The position numbers and the translations under genes were made by a program. From Lingula anatina (taxonomy: Eukaryota > Animalia > Brachiopoda): 64,000 bases of DNA. The stretch spans positions 6,451,795 through 6,515,794 of the forward strand of contig JBPQGU010000016.1 of NCBI GenBank assembly GCA_051362555.1, read 5' to 3'. Each line of letters begins with the position of its first letter. Position 1 is the stretch's first letter. A model generated the notes under the pieces. It saw nothing but the letters and a program-made list of their open reading frames with translations. It was not told the origin of the DNA and ran no database searches. Positions 47,301 to 62,300 of the stretch are shown here, piece by piece.

Positions 47301-50300
47301 ATTATAGTGTCAGGGTAGGTGTGTTCGGTCATTTGTAGTAAGAATAAAGTGCTGGAAGAGTGGTGGTGTCAACATTAAGGAAGAAATAGAGCAAAAACTC
47401 TCTCTCCCCCCCCCCCTCTCAGATATTCTGTTCTCAGAGCTTATTTTTGGATCATCTTTAAAGCTAGAATTGGGGGCCTTGATGAAGTGACCCGGGCGCA
47501 TTTCCACATTTTTTATGAATGACAGGTGTGGTAGATTGATTTTCGTCACTTTTTGGAAAAATCGGAGACGGGTCGATTTTTGGTGATTTTGAGTGATTTT
47601 GAACAGTGCCGGCACTGTGAGATTTCTTCAATTTTGGCCAGGTAGGGATGAAAATTTTTTTTCTTCATTATAGTGTCAGGTAGGTGTGTTCGGTCATTTG
47701 TAGTAAGAATAAAGTGCTGGAAGAGTGGTGGTGTCAACATTAAGGAAGAAATAGAGCAAAAACTCTCTCTCCCCCCCCCCCTCTCAGATTCTGTTCTCAG
47801 AGCTTATTTTTGGATCATCTTTAAAGCTAGAATTGGGGGCCTTGATGAAGTGACCCGGGCGCATTTCCACATTTTTTATGAATGACAGGTGTGGTAGATT
47901 GATTTTCGTCACTTTTTGGAAAAATCGGAGACGGGTTGATTTTTGGTGATTTTGAGTGATTTTGAACAGTGCCGGCACTGTGAGATTTCTTCAATTTTGG
48001 CCAGGTAGGGATGATAATTTTTTTTCTTCATTATAGTGTCAGGTAGGTGTGTTCGGTCATTTGTAGTAAGAATAAAGTGCTGGAAGAGTGGTGGTGTCAA
48101 CATTAAGGAAGAAATAGAGCAAAACTCTCTCTCCCCCCCCCCCCTCTCAGATTCTGTTCTCAGAGCTTATTTTTGGATCATCTTTAAAGCTAGAATTGGG
48201 GGCCTTGATGAAGTGACCCGGGCGCGTTTCCACATTTTTTATGAATGACAGGTGTGGTAGATTGATTTTCGTCACTTTTTGGAAAAATTGGAGACGGGTC
48301 GATTTTTGGTGATTTTGAGTGATTTTGAACAGTGCCGGCACTGTGAGATTTCTTCAATTTTGGCCAGGTAGGGATGAAAATTTTTTTTCTTCATTATAGT
48401 GTCAGGTAGGTGTGTTCGGTCATTTGTAGTAAGAATAAAGTGCTGGAAGAGTGGTGGTGTCAACATTAAGGAAGAAATAGAGCAAAAACTCTCTCTCCCC
48501 CCCTCTCAGATTCTGTTCTCAGAGCTTATTTTTGGATCATCTTTAAAGCTAGAATTGGGGGCCTTGATGAAGTGACCCGGGCGCGTTTCCACATTTTTTA
48601 TGAATGACAGGTGTGGTAGATTGATTTTCGTCACTTTTTGGAAAAATCGGAGACGGGTCGATTTTTGGTGATTTTGAGTGATTTTGAACAGTGCCGGCAC
48701 TGTGAGATTTCTTCAATTTTGGCCAGGTAGGGATGAAATTTTTTTTCTTCATTATAGTGTCAGGTAGGTGTGTTCGGTCATTTGTAGTAAGAATAAAGTG
48801 CTGGAAGAGTGGTGGTGTCAACATTAAGGAAGAAATAGAGCAAAAACTCTCTCTCCCCCCCCTCTCAGATTCTGTTCTCAGAGCTTATTTTTGGATCATC
48901 TTTAAAGCTAGAATTGGGGGCCTTGATGAAGTGACCCGGGCGCATTTCCACATTTTTTATGAATGACAGGTGTGGTAGATTGATTTTCGTCACTTTTTGG
49001 AAAAATCGGAGACGGGTCGATTTTTGGTGATTTTGAGTGATTTTGAACAGTGCCGGCACTGTGAGATTTCTTCAATTTTGGCCAGGTAGGGATGAAAATT
49101 TTTTTTCTTCATTATAGTGTCAGGTAGGTGTGTTCGGTCATTTGTAGTAAGAATAAAGTGCTGGAAGAGTGGTGGTGTCAACATTAAGGAAGAAATAGAG
49201 CAAAAACTCTCTCTCCCCCCCCCTCTCAGATTCTGTTCTCAGAGCTTATTTTTGGATCATCTTTAAAGCTAGAATTGGGGGCCTTGATGAAGTGACCCGG
49301 GCGCGTTTCCACATTTTTTATGAATGACAGGTGTGGTAGATTGATTTTCGTCACTTTTTGGAAAAATCGGAGACGGGTCGATTTTTGGTGATTTTGAGTT
49401 ATTTTGAACAGTGCCGGCACTGTGAGATTTCTTCAATTTTGGCCAGGTAGGGATGAAATTTTTTTTCTTCATTATAGTGTCAGGTAGGTGTGTTCGGTCA
49501 TTTGTAGTAAGAATAAAGTGCTGGAAGAGTGGTGGTGTCAACATTAAGGAAGAAATAGAGCAAAAACTCTCTCTCCCCCCCCCTCTCAGATTCTGTTCTC
49601 AGAGCTTATTTTTGGATCATCTTTAAAGCTAGAATTGGGGGCCTTGTTGAAGTGACCCGGGCGCGTTTCCACATTTTTTATGAATGACAGGTGTGAAAGA
49701 TTGATTTTCGTCACTTTTTGGAAAAATCGGAGACGGGTCGATTTTTGGTGATTTTGAGTGATTTTGAACAGTGCCGGCACTGTGAGATTTCTTCAATTTT
49801 GGCCAGGTAGGGATGAAATTTTTTTTTCTTCATTATAGTGTCAGGTAGGTGTGTTCGGTCATTTGTAGTAAGAATAAAGTGCTGGAAGTGTGGTGGTGTC
49901 AACATTAAGGAAGAAATAGAGCAAAAACTCTCTCTCCCCCCCCCCCTCTCAGATTCTGTTCTCAGAGCTTATTTTTGGATCATCTTTAAAGCTAGAATTG
50001 GGGGCCTTGATGAAGTGACCCGGGCGCGTTTCCACATTTCTTATGAATGACAGGTGTGGTAGATTGATTTTCATCACTTTTTGGAAAAATCGGAGACGGG
50101 TCGATTTTTGGTGATTTTGAGTGATTTTGAACAGTGCCGGCACTGTGAGATTTCTTCAATTTTGGCCAGGTAGGGATGAAAATTTTTTTCTTCATTATAG
50201 TGTCAGGTAGGTGTGTTCGGTCATTTGTAGTAAGAATAAAGTGCTGGAAGAGTGGTGGTGTCAACATTAAGGAAGAAATAGAGCAAAACTCTCTCTCCCC

Positions 50301-53300
50301 CCCCCCCCCCCTCTCAGATTCTGTTCTCAGAGCTTATTTTTGGATCATCTTTAAAGCTAGAATTGGGGGCCTTGATGAAGTGACCCGGGCGCGTTTACAC
50401 ATTTTTTATGAATGACAGGTGTGGTAGATTGATTTTCGTCACTTTTTGGAAAAATCGGAGACGGGTCGATTTTTGGTGATTTTGAGTGATTTTGAACAGT
50501 GCTGGCACTGTGAGATTTCTTCAATTTTGGCCAGGTAGGGATGAAAATTTTTTTTCTTCATTATAGTGTCAGGTAGGTGTGTTCGGTCATTTGTAGTAAG
50601 AATAAAGTGCTGGAAGAGTGGTGGTGTCAACATTAAGGAAGAAATAGAGCAAAAACTCTCTCTCCCCCCCCCCCCCCTCTCAGATTCTGTTCTCAGAGCT
50701 TATTTTTGGATCATCTTTAAAGCTAGAATTGGGGGCCTTGATGAAGTGACCCGGGCGCGTTTACACATTTTTTATGAATGACAGGTGTGGTAGATTGATT
50801 TTCGTCACTTTTTGGAAAAATCGGAGACGGGTCGATTTTTGGTGATTTTGAGTGATTTTGAACAGTGCCGGCACTGTGAGATTTCTTCAATTTTGGCCAG
50901 GTAGGGATGAAAATTTTTTTTCTTCATTATAGTGTCAGGTAGGTGTGTTCGGTCATTTGTAGTAAGAATAAAGTGCTGGAAGAGTGGTGGTGTCAACATT
51001 AAGGAAGAAATAGAGCAAAAACTCTCTCTCCCCCCCCCCCCCTCTCAGATTCTGTTCTCAGAGCTTATTTTTGGATCATCTTTAAAGCTAGAATTGGGGG
51101 CCTTGATGAAGTGACCCGGGCGCGTTTACACATTTTTTATGAATGACAGGTGTGGTAGATTGATTTTCGTCACTTTTTGGAAAAATCGGAGACGGGTCGA
51201 TTTTTGGTGATTTTGAGTGATTTTGAACAGTGCCGGCACTGTGAGATTTCTTCAATTTTGGCCAGGTAGGGATGAAAATTTTTTTTCTTCATTATAGTGT
51301 CAGGTAGGTGTGTTCGGTCATTTGTAGTAAGAATAAAGTGCTGGAAGAGTGGTGGTGTCAACATTAAGGAAGAAATAGAGCAAAAACTCTCTCTCCCCCC
51401 CCCCCCCCTCTCAGATTCTGTTCTCAGAGCTTATTTTTGGATCATCTTTAAAGCTAGAATTGGGGGCCTTGATGAAGTGACCCGGGCGCGTTTACACATT
51501 TTTTATGAATGACAGGTGTGGTAGATTGATTTTCGTCACTTTTTGGAAAAATCGGAGACGGGTCGATTTTTGGTGATTTTGAGTGATTTTGAACAGTGCC
51601 GGCACTGTGAGATTTCTTCAATTTTGGCCAGGTAGGGATGAAAATTTTTTTTCTTCATTATAGTGTCAGGTAGGTGTGTTCGGTCATTTGTAGTAAGAAT
51701 AAAGTGCTGGAAGAGTGGTGGTGTCAACATTAAGGAAGAAATAGAGCAAAAACTCTCTCTCCCCCCCCCCCCCTCTCAGATTCTGTTCTCAGAGCTTATT
51801 TTTGGATCATCTTTAAAGCTAGAATTGGGGGCCTTGATGAAGTGACCCGGGCGCGTTTACACATTTTTTATGAATGACAGGTGTGGTAGATTGATTTTCG
51901 TCACTTTTTGGAAAAATTGGAGACGGGTCGATTTTTGGTGATTTTGAGTGATTTTGAACAGTGCCGGCACTGTGAGATTTCTTCAATTTTGGCCAGGTAG
52001 GGATGAAAATTTTTTTTCTTCATTATAGTGTCAGGTAGGTGTGTTCGGTCATTTGTAGTAAGAATAAAGTGCTGGAAGAGTGGTGGTGTCAACATTAAGG
52101 AAGAAATAGAGCAAAAACTCTCTCTCCCCCCCCCCCCCCCTCTCAGATTCTGTTCTCAGAGCTTATTTTTGGATCATCTTTAAAGCTAGAATTGGGGGCC
52201 TTGATGAAGTGACCCGGGCGCGTTTACACATTTTTTATGAATGACAGGTGTGGTAGATTGATTTTCGTCACTTTTTGGAAAAATCGGAGACGGGTCGATT
52301 TTTGGTGATTTTGAGTGATTTTGAACAGTGCCGGCACTGTGAGATTTCTTCAATTTTGGCCAGGTAGGGATGAAAATTTTTTTTCTTCATTATAGTGTCA
52401 GGTAGGTGTGTTCGGTCATTTGTAGTAAGAATAAAGTGCTGGAAGAGTGGTGGTGTCAACATTAAGGAAGAAATAGAGCAAAAACTCTCTCTCCCCCCCC
52501 CCCCCCTCTCAGATTCTGTTCTCAGAGCTTATTTTTGGATCATCTTTAAAGCTAGAATTGGGGGCCTTGATGAAGTGACCCGGGCGCGTTTACACATTTT
52601 TTATGAATGACAGGTGTGGTAGATTGATTTTCGTCACTTTTTGGAAAAATCGGAGACGGGTCGATTTTTGGTGATTTTGAGTGATTTTGAACAGTGCCGG
52701 CACTGTGAGATTTCTTCAATTTTGGCCAGGTAGGGATGAAAATTTTTTTTCTTCATTATAGTGTCAGGTAGGTGTGTTCGGTCATTTGTAGTAAGAATAA
52801 AGTGCTGGAAGAGTGGTGGTGTCAACATTAAGGAAGAAATAGAGCAAAAACTCTCTCTCCCCCCCCCCCCCCCTCTCAGATTCTGTTCTCAGAGCTTATT
52901 TTTGGATCATCTTTAAAGCTAGAATTGGGGGCCTTGATGAAGTGACCCGGGCGCGTTTACACATTTTTTATGAATGACAGGTGTGGTAGATTGATTTTCG
53001 TCACTTTTTGGAAAAATCGGAGACGGGTCGATTTTTGGTGATTTTGAGTGATTTTGAACAGTGCCGGCACTGTGAGATTTCTTCAATTTTGGCCAGGTAG
53101 GGATGAAAATTTTTTTTCTTCATTATAGTGTCAGGTAGGTGTGTTCGGTCATTTGTAGTAAGAATAAAGTGCTGGAAGAGTGGTGGTGTCAACATTAAGG
53201 AAGAAATAGAGCAAAAACTCTCTCTCCCCCCCCCCCCCCCTCTCAGATTCTGTTCTCAGAGCTTATTTTTGGATCATCTTTAAAGCTAGAATTGGGGGCC

Positions 53301-56300
53301 TTGATGAAGTGACCCGGGCGCGTTTACACATTTTTTATGAATGACAGGTGTGGTAGATTGATTTTCGTCACTTTTTGGAAAAATCGGAGACGGGTCGATT
53401 TTTGGTGATTTTGAGTGATTTTGAACAGTGCCGGCACTGTGAGATTTCTTCAATTTTGGCCAGGTAGGGATGAAAATTTTTTTTCTTCATTATAGTGTCA
53501 GGTAGGTGTGTTCGGTCATTTGTAGTAAGAATAAAGTGCTGGAAGAGTGGTGGTGTCAACATTAAGGAAGAAATAGAGCAAAAACTCTCTCTCCCCCCCC
53601 CCCCCTCTCAGATTCTGTTCTCAGAGCTTATTTTTGGATCATCTTTAAAGCTAGAATTGGGGGCCTTGATGAAGTGACCCGGGCGCGTTTACACATTTTT
53701 TATGAATGACAGGTGTGGTAGATTGATTTTCGTCACTTTTTGGAAAAATCGGAGACGGGTCGATTTTTGGTGATTTTGAGTGATTTTGAACAGTGCCGGC
53801 ACTGTGAGATTTCTTCAATTTTGGCCAGGTAGGGATGAAAATTTTTTTTCTTCATTATAGTGTCAGGTAGGTGTGTTCGGTCATTTGTAGTAAGAATAAA
53901 GTGCTGGAAGAGTGGTGGTGTCAACATTAAGGAAGAAATAGAGCAAAAACTCTCTCTCCCCCCCCCCCCCCCTCTCAGATTCTGTTCTCAGAGCTTATTT
54001 TTGGATCATCTTTAAAGCTAGAATTGGGGGCCTTGATGAAGTGACCCGGGCGCGTTTACACATTTTTTATGAATGACAGGTGTGGTAGATTGATTTTCGT
54101 CACTTTTTGGAAAAATCGGAGACGGGTCGATTTTTGGTGATTTTGAGTGATTTTGAACAGTGCCGGCACTGTGAGATTTCTTCAATTTTGGCCAGGTAGG
54201 GATGAAAATTTTTTTTCTTCATTATAGTGTCAGGTAGGTGTGTTCGGTCATTTGTAGTAAGAATAAAGTGCTGGAAGAGTGGTGGTGTCAACATTAAGGA
54301 AGAAATAGAGCAAAAACTCTCTCTCCCCCCCCCCCCCCCTCTCAGATTCTGTTCTCAGAGCTTATTTTTGGATCATCTTTAAAGCTAGAATTGGGGGCCT
54401 TGATGAAGTGACCCGGGCGCGTTTACACATTTTTTATGAATGACAGGTGTGGTAGATTGATTTTCGTCACTTTTTGGAAAAATCGGAGACGGGTCGATTT
54501 TTGGTGATTTTGAGTGATTTTGAACAGTGCCGGCACTGTGAGATTTCTTCAATTTTGGCCAGGTAGGGATGAAAATTTTTTTTCTTCATTATAGTGTCAG
54601 GTAGGTGTGTTCGGTCATTTGTAGTAAGAATAAAGTGCTGGAAGAGTGGTGGTGTCAACATTAAGGAAGAAATAGAGCAAAAACTCTCTCTCCCCCCCCC
54701 CCCCCTCTCAGATTCTGTTCTCAGAGCTTATTTTTGGATCATCTTTAAAGCTAGAATTGGGGGCCTTGATGAAGTGACCCGGGCGCGTTTACACATTTTT
54801 TATGAATGACAGGTGTGGTAGATTGATTTTCGTCACTTTTTGGAAAAATCGGAGACGGGTCGATTTTTGGTGATTTTGAGTGATTTTGAACAGTGCCGGC
54901 ACTGTGAGATTTCTTCAATTTTGGCCAGGTAGGGATGAAAATTTTTTTTCTTCATTATAGTGTCAGGTAGGTGTGTTCGGTCATTTGTAGTAAGAATAAA
55001 GTGCTGGAAGAGTGGTGGTGTCAACATTAAGGAAGAAATAGAGCAAAAACTCTCTCTCCCCCCCCCCCCCCTCTCAGATTCTGTTCTCAGAGCTTATTTT
55101 TGGATCATCTTTAAAGCTAGAATTGGGGGCCTTGATGAAGTGACCCGGGCGCGTTTACACATTTTTTATGAATGACAGGTGTGGTAGATTGATTTTCGTC
55201 ACTTTTTGGAAAAATCGGAGACGGGTCGATTTTTGGTGATTTTGAGTGATTTTGAACAGTGCCGGCACTGTGAGATTTCTTCAATTTTGGCCAGGTAGGG
55301 ATGAAAATTTTTTTTCTTCATTATAGTGTCAGGTAGGTGTGTTCGGTCATTTGTAGTAAGAATAAAGTGCTGGAAGAGTGGTGGTGTCAACATTAAGGAA
55401 GAAATAGAGCAAAAACTCTCTCTCCCCCCCCCCTCTCAGATTCTGTTCTCAGAGCTTATTTTTGGATCATCTTTAAAGCTAGAATTGGGGGCCTTGATGA
55501 AGTGACCCGGGCGCGTTTCCACATTTTTTATGAATGACAGGTGTGGTAGATTGATTTTCGTCACTTTTTGGAAAAATCGGAGACGGGTCGATTTTTGGTG
55601 ATTTTGAGTTATTTTGAACAGTGCCGGCACTGTGAGATTTCTTCAATTTTGGCCAGGTAGGGATGAAATTTTTTTTCTTCATTATAGTGTCAGGTAGGTG
55701 TGTTCGGTCATTTGTAGTAAGAATAAAGTGCTGGAAGAGTGGTGGTGTCAACATTAAGGAAGAAATAGAGCAAAAACTCTCTCTCCCCCCCCCTCTCAGA
55801 TTCTGTTCTCAGAGCTTATTTTTGGATCATCTTTAAAGCTAGAATTGGGGGCCTTGTTGAAGTGACCCGGGCGCGTTTCCACATTTTTTATGAATGACAG
55901 GTGTGAAAGATTGATTTTCGTCACTTTTTGGAAAAATCGGAGACGGGTCGATTTTTGGTGATTTTGAGTGATTTTGAACAGTGCCGGCACTGTGAGATTT
56001 CTTCAATTTTGGCCAGGTAGGGATGAAATTTTTTTTTCTTCATTATAGTGTCAGGTAGGTGTGTTCGGTCATTTGTAGTAAGAATAAAGTGCTGGAAGTG
56101 TGGTGGTGTCAACATTAAGGAAGAAATAGAGCAAAAACTCTCTCTCCCCCCCCCCCTCTCAGATTCTGTTCTCAGAGCTTATTTTTGGATCATCTTTAAA
56201 GCTAGAATTGGGGGCCTTGATGAAGTGACCCGGGCGCGTTTCCACATTTCTTATGAATGACAGGTGTGGTAGATTGATTTTCGTCACTTTTTGGAAAAAT

Positions 56301-59300
56301 CGGAGACGGGTCGATTTTTGGTGATTTTGAGTGATTTTGAACAGTGCCGGCACTGTGAGATTTCTTCAATTTTGGCCAGGTAGGGATGAAAATTTTTTTC
56401 TTCATTATAGTGTCAGGTAGGTGTGTTCGGTCATTTGTAGTAAGAATAAAGTGCTGGAAGAGTGGTGGTGTCAACATTAAGGAAGAAATAGAGCAAAACT
56501 CTCTCTCCCCCCCCCCCCCTCTCAGATTCTGTTCTCAGAGCTTATTTTTGGATCATCTTTAAAGCTAGAATTGGGGGCCTTGATGAAGTGACCCGGGCGC
56601 GTTTACACATTTTTTATGAATGACAGGTGTGGTAGATTGATTTTCGTCACTTTTTGGAAAAATCGGAGACGGGTCGATTTTTGGTGATTTTGAGTGATTT
56701 TGAACAGTGCTGGCACTGTGAGATTTCTTCAATTTTGGCCAGGTAGGGATGAAAATTTTTTTTCTTCATTATAGTGTCAGGTAGGTGTGTTCGGTCATTT
56801 GTAGTAAGAATAAAGTGCTGGAAGAGTGGTGGTGTCAACATTAAGGAAGAAATAGAGCAAAAACTCTCTCTCCCCCCCCCCCCCCTCTCAGATTCTGTTC
56901 TCAGAGCTTATTTTTGGATCATCTTTAAAGCTAGAATTGGGGGCCTTGATGAAGTGACCCGGGCGCGTTTACACATTTTTTATGAATGACAGGTGTGGTA
57001 GATTGATTTTCGTCACTTTTTGGAAAAATCGGAGACGGGTCGATTTTTGGTGATTTTGAGTGATTTTGAACAGTGCCGGCACTGTGAGATTTCTTCAATT
57101 TTGGCCAGGTAGGGATGAAAATTTTTTTTCTTCATTATAGTGTCAGGTAGGTGTGTTCGGTCATTTGTAGTAAGAATAAAGTGCTGGAAGAGTGGTGGTG
57201 TCAACATTAAGGAAGAAATAGAGCAAAAACTCTCTCTCCCCCCCCCCCCCTTTCAGATTCTGTTCTCAGAGCTTATTTTTGGATCATCTTTAAAGCTAGA
57301 ATTGGGGGCCTTGATGAAGTGACCCGGGCGCGTTTACACATTTTTTATGAATGACAGGTGTGGTAGATTGATTTTCGTCACTTTTTGGAAAAATCGGAGA
57401 CGGGTCGATTTTTGGTGATTTTGAGTGATTTTGAACAGTGCCGGCACTGTGAGATTTCTTCAATTTTGGCCAGGTAGGGATGAAAATTTTTTTTCTTCAT
57501 TATAGTGTCAGGTAGGTGTGTTCGGTCATTTGTAGTAAGAATAAAGTGCTGGAAGAGTGGTGGTGTCAACATTAAGGAAGAAATAGAGCAAAAACTCTCT
57601 CTCCCCCCCCCCCCCCCCTCTCAGATTCTGTTCTCAGAGCTTATTTTTGGATCATCTTTAAAGCTAGAATTGGGGGCCTTGATGAAGTGACCCGGGCGCG
57701 TTTACACATTTTTTATGAATGACAGGTGTGGTAGATTGATTTTCGTCACTTTTTGGAAAAATCGGAGACGGGTCGATTTTTGGTGATTTTGAGTGATTTT
57801 GAACAGTGCCGGCACTGTGAGATTTCTTCAATTTTGGCCAGGTAGGGATGAAAATTTTTTTTCTTCATTATAGTGTCAGGTAGGTGTGTTCGGTCATTTG
57901 TAGTAAGAATAAAGTGCTGGAAGAGTGGTGGTGTCAACATTAAGGAAGAAATAGAGCAAAAACTCTCTCTCCCCCCCCCCCCCCTCTCAGATTCTGTTCT
58001 CAGAGCTTATTTTTGGATCATCTTTAAAGCTAGAATTGGGGGCCTTGATGAAGTGACCCGGGCGCGTTTACACATTTTTTATGAATGACAGGTGTGGTAG
58101 ATTGATTTTCGTCACTTTTTGGAAAAATCGGAGACGGGTCGATTTTTGGTGATTTTGAGTGATTTTGAACAGTGCCGGCACTGTGAGATTTCTTCAATTT
58201 TGGCCAGGTAGGGATGAAAATTTTTTTTCTTCATTATAGTGTCAGGTAGGTGTGTTCGGTCATTTGTAGTAAGAATAAAGTGCTGGAAGAGTGGTGGTGT
58301 CAACATTAAGGAAGAAATAGAGCAAAAACTCTCTCTCCCCCCCCCCCCCTCTCAGATTCTGTTCTCAGAGCTTATTTTTGGATCATCTTTAAAGCTAGAA
58401 TTGGGGGCCTTGATGAAGTGACCCGGGCGCGTTTACACATTTTTTATGAATGACAGGTGTGGTAGATTGATTTTCGTCACTTTTTGGAAAAATCGGAGAC
58501 GGGTCGATTTTTGGTGATTTTGAGTGATTTTGAACAGTGCCGGCACTGTGAGATTTCTTCAATTTTGGCCAGGTAGGGATGAAAATTTTTTTTCTTCATT
58601 ATAGTGTCAGGTAGGTGTGTTCGGTCATTTGTAGTAAGAATAAAGTGCTGGAAGAGTGGTGGTGTCAACATTAAGGAAGAAATAGAGCAAAAACTCTCTC
58701 TCCCCCCCCCCCCCCCTCTCAGATTCTGTTCTCAGAGCTTATTTTTGGATCATCTTTAAAGCTAGAATTGGGGGCCTTGATGAAGTGACCCGGGCGCGTT
58801 TACACATTTTTTATGAATGACAGGTGTGGTAGATTGATTTTCGTCACTTTTTGGAAAAATCGGAGACGGGTCGATTTTTGGTGATTTTGAGTGATTTTGA
58901 ACAGTGCCGGCACTGTGAGATTTCTTCAATTTTGGCCAGGTAGGGATGAAAATTTTTTTTCTTCATTATAGTGTCAGGTAGGTGTGTTCGGTCATTTGTA
59001 GTAAGAATAAAGTGCTGGAAGAGTGGTGGTGTCAACATTAAGGAAGAAATAGAGCAAAAACTCTCTCTCCCCCCCCCCCCCCTCTCAGATTCTGTTCTCA
59101 GAGCTTATTTTTGGATCATCTTTAAAGCTAGAATTGGGGGCCTTGATGAAGTGACCCGGGCGCGTTTACACATTTTTTATGAATGACAGGTGTGGTAGAT
59201 TGATTTTCGTCACTTTTTGGAAAAATCGGAGACGGGTCGATTTTTGGTGATTTTGAGTGATTTTGAACAGTGCCGGCACTGTGAGATTTCTTCAATTTTG

Positions 59301-62300
59301 GCCAGGTAGGGATGAAAATTTTTTTTCTTCATTATAGTGTCAGGTAGGTGTGTTCGGTCATTTGTAGTAAGAATAAAGTGCTGGAAGAGTGGTGGTGTCA
59401 ACATTAAGGAAGAAATAGAGCAAAAACTCTCTCTCTCCCCCCCCCCCCTCTCAGATTCTGTTCTCAGAGCTTATTTTTGGATCATCTTTAAAGCTAGAAT
59501 TGGGGGCCTTGATGAAGTGACCCGGGCGCGTTTACACATTTTTTATGAATGACAGGTGTGGTAGATTGATTTTCGTCACTTTTTGGAAAAATCGGAGACG
59601 GGTCGATTTTTGGTGATTTTGAGTGATTTTGAACAGTGCCGGCACTGTGAGATTTCTTCAATTTTGGCCAGGTAGGGATGAAAATTTTTTTTCTTCATTA
59701 TAGTGTCAGGTAGGTGTGTTCGGTCATTTGTAGTAAGAATAAAGTGCTGGAAGAGTGGTGGTGTCAACATTAAGGAAGAAATAGAGCAAAAACTCTCTCT
59801 CCCCCCCCCCCCCCTCTCAGATTCTGTTCTCAGAGCTTATTTTTGGATCATCTTTAAAGCTAGAATTGGGGGCCTTGATGAAGTGACCCGGGCGCGTTTA
59901 CACATTTTTTATGAATGACAGGTGTGGTAGATTGATTTTCGTCACTTTTTGGAAAAATCGGAGACGGGTCGATTTTTGGTGATTTTGAGTGATTTTGAAC
60001 AGTGCCGGCACTGTGAGATTTCTTCAATTTTGGCCAGGTAGGGATGAAAATTTTTTTTCTTCATTATAGTGTCAGGTAGGTGTGTTCGGTCATTTGTAGT
60101 AAGAATAAAGTGCTGGAAGAGTGGTGGTGTCAACATTAAGGAAGAAATAGAGCAAAAACTCTCTCTCCCCCCCCCCCCCCTCTCAGATTCTGTTCTCAGA
60201 GCTTATTTTTGGATCATCTTTAAAGCTAGAATTGGGGGCCTTGATGAAGTGACCCGGGCGCGTTTACACATTTTTTATGAATGACAGGTGTGGTAGATTG
60301 ATTTTCGTCACTTTTTGGAAAAATCGGAGACGGGTCGATTTTTGGTGATTTTGAGTGATTTTGAACAGTGCCGGCACTGTGAGATTTCTTCAATTTTGGC
60401 CAGGTAGGGATGAAAATTTTTTTTCTTCATTATAGTGTCAGGTAGGTGTGTTCGGTCATTTGTAGTAAGAATAAAGTGCTGGAAGAGTGGTGGTGTCAAC
60501 ATTAAGGAAGAAATAGAGCAAAAACTCTCTCTCCCCCCCCCCCCTCTCAGATTCTGTTCTCAGAGCTTATTTTTGGATCATCTTTAAAGCTAGAATTGGG
60601 GGCCTTGATGAAGTGACCCGGGCGCGTTTACACATTTTTTATGAATGACAGGTGTGGTAGATTGATTTTCGTCACTTTTTGGAAAAATCGGAGACGGGTC
60701 GATTTTTGGTGATTTTGAGTGATTTTGAACAGTGCCGGCACTGTGAGATTTCTTCAATTTTGGCCAGGTAGGGATGAAAATTTTTTTTCTTCATTATAGT
60801 GTCAGGTAGGTGTGTTCGGTCATTTGTAGTAAGAATAAAGTGCTGGAAGAGTGGTGGTGTCAACATTAAGGAAGAAATAGAGCAAAAACTCTCTCTCCCC
60901 CCCCCCCTCTCAGATTCTGTTCTCAGAGCTTATTTTTGGATCATCTTTAAAGCTAGAATTGGGGGCCTTGATGAAGTGACCCGGGCGCGTTTACACATTT
61001 TTTATGAATGACAGGTGTGGTAGATTGATTTTCGTCACTTTTTGGAAAAATCGGAGACGGGTCGATTTTTGGTGATTTTGAGTGATTTTGAACAGTGCCG
61101 GCACTGTGAGATTTCTTCAATTTTGGCCAGGTAGGGATGAAAATTTTTTTTCTTCATTATAGTGTCAGGTAGGTGTGTTCGGTCATTTGTAGTAAGAATA
61201 AAGTGCTGGAAGAGTGGTGGTGTCAACATTAAGGAAGAAATAGAGCAAAAACTCTCTCTCCCCCCCCCCCTCTCAGATTCTGTTCTCAGAGCTTATTTTT
61301 GGATCATCTTTAAAGCTAGAATTGGGGGCCTTGATGAAGTGACCCGGGCGCGTTTACACATTTTTTATGAATGACAGGTGTGGTAGATTGATTTTCGTCA
61401 CTTTTTGGAAAAATCGGAGACGGGTCGATTTTTGGTGATTTTGAGTGATTTTGAACAGTGCCGGCACTGTGAGATTTCTTCAATTTTGGCCAGGTAGGGA
61501 TGAAAATTTTTTTTCTTCATTATAGTGTCAGGTAGGTGTGTTCGGTCATTTGTAGTAAGAATAAAGTGCTGGAAGAGTGGTGGTGTCAACATTAAGGAAG
61601 AAATAGAGCAAAAACTCTCTCTCCCCCCCCCCCCTCTCAGATTCTGTTCTCAGAGCTTATTTTTGGATCATCTTTAAAGCTAGAATTGGGGGCCTTGATG
61701 AAGTGACCCGGGCGCGTTTACACATTTTTTATGAATGACAGGTGTGGTAGATTGATTTTCGTCACTTTTTGGAAAAATCGGAGACGGGTCGATTTTTGGT
61801 GATTTTGAGTGATTTTGAACAGTGCCGGCACTGTGAGATTTCTTCAATTTTGGCCAGGTAGGGATGAAAATTTTTTTTCTTCATTATAGTGTCAGGTAGG
61901 TGTGTTCGGTCATTTGTAGTAAGAATAAAGTGCTGGAAGAGTGGTGGTGTCAACATTAAGGAAGAAATAGAGCAAAAACTCTCTCTCCCCCCCCCCCCCT
62001 CTCAGATTCTGTTCTCAGAGCTTATTTTTGGATCATCTTTAAAGCTAGAATTGGGGGCCTTGATGAAGTGACCCGGGCGCGTTTACACATTTTTTATGAA
62101 TGACAGGTGTGGTAGATTGATTTTCGTCACTTTTTGGAAAAATCGGAGACGGGTCGATTTTTGGTGATTTTGAGTGATTTTGAACAGTGCCGGCACTGTG
62201 AGATTTCTTCAATTTTGGCCAGGTAGGGATGAAAATTTTTTTTCTTCATTATAGTGTCAGGTAGGTGTGTTCGGTCATTTGTAGTAAGAATAAAGTGCTG

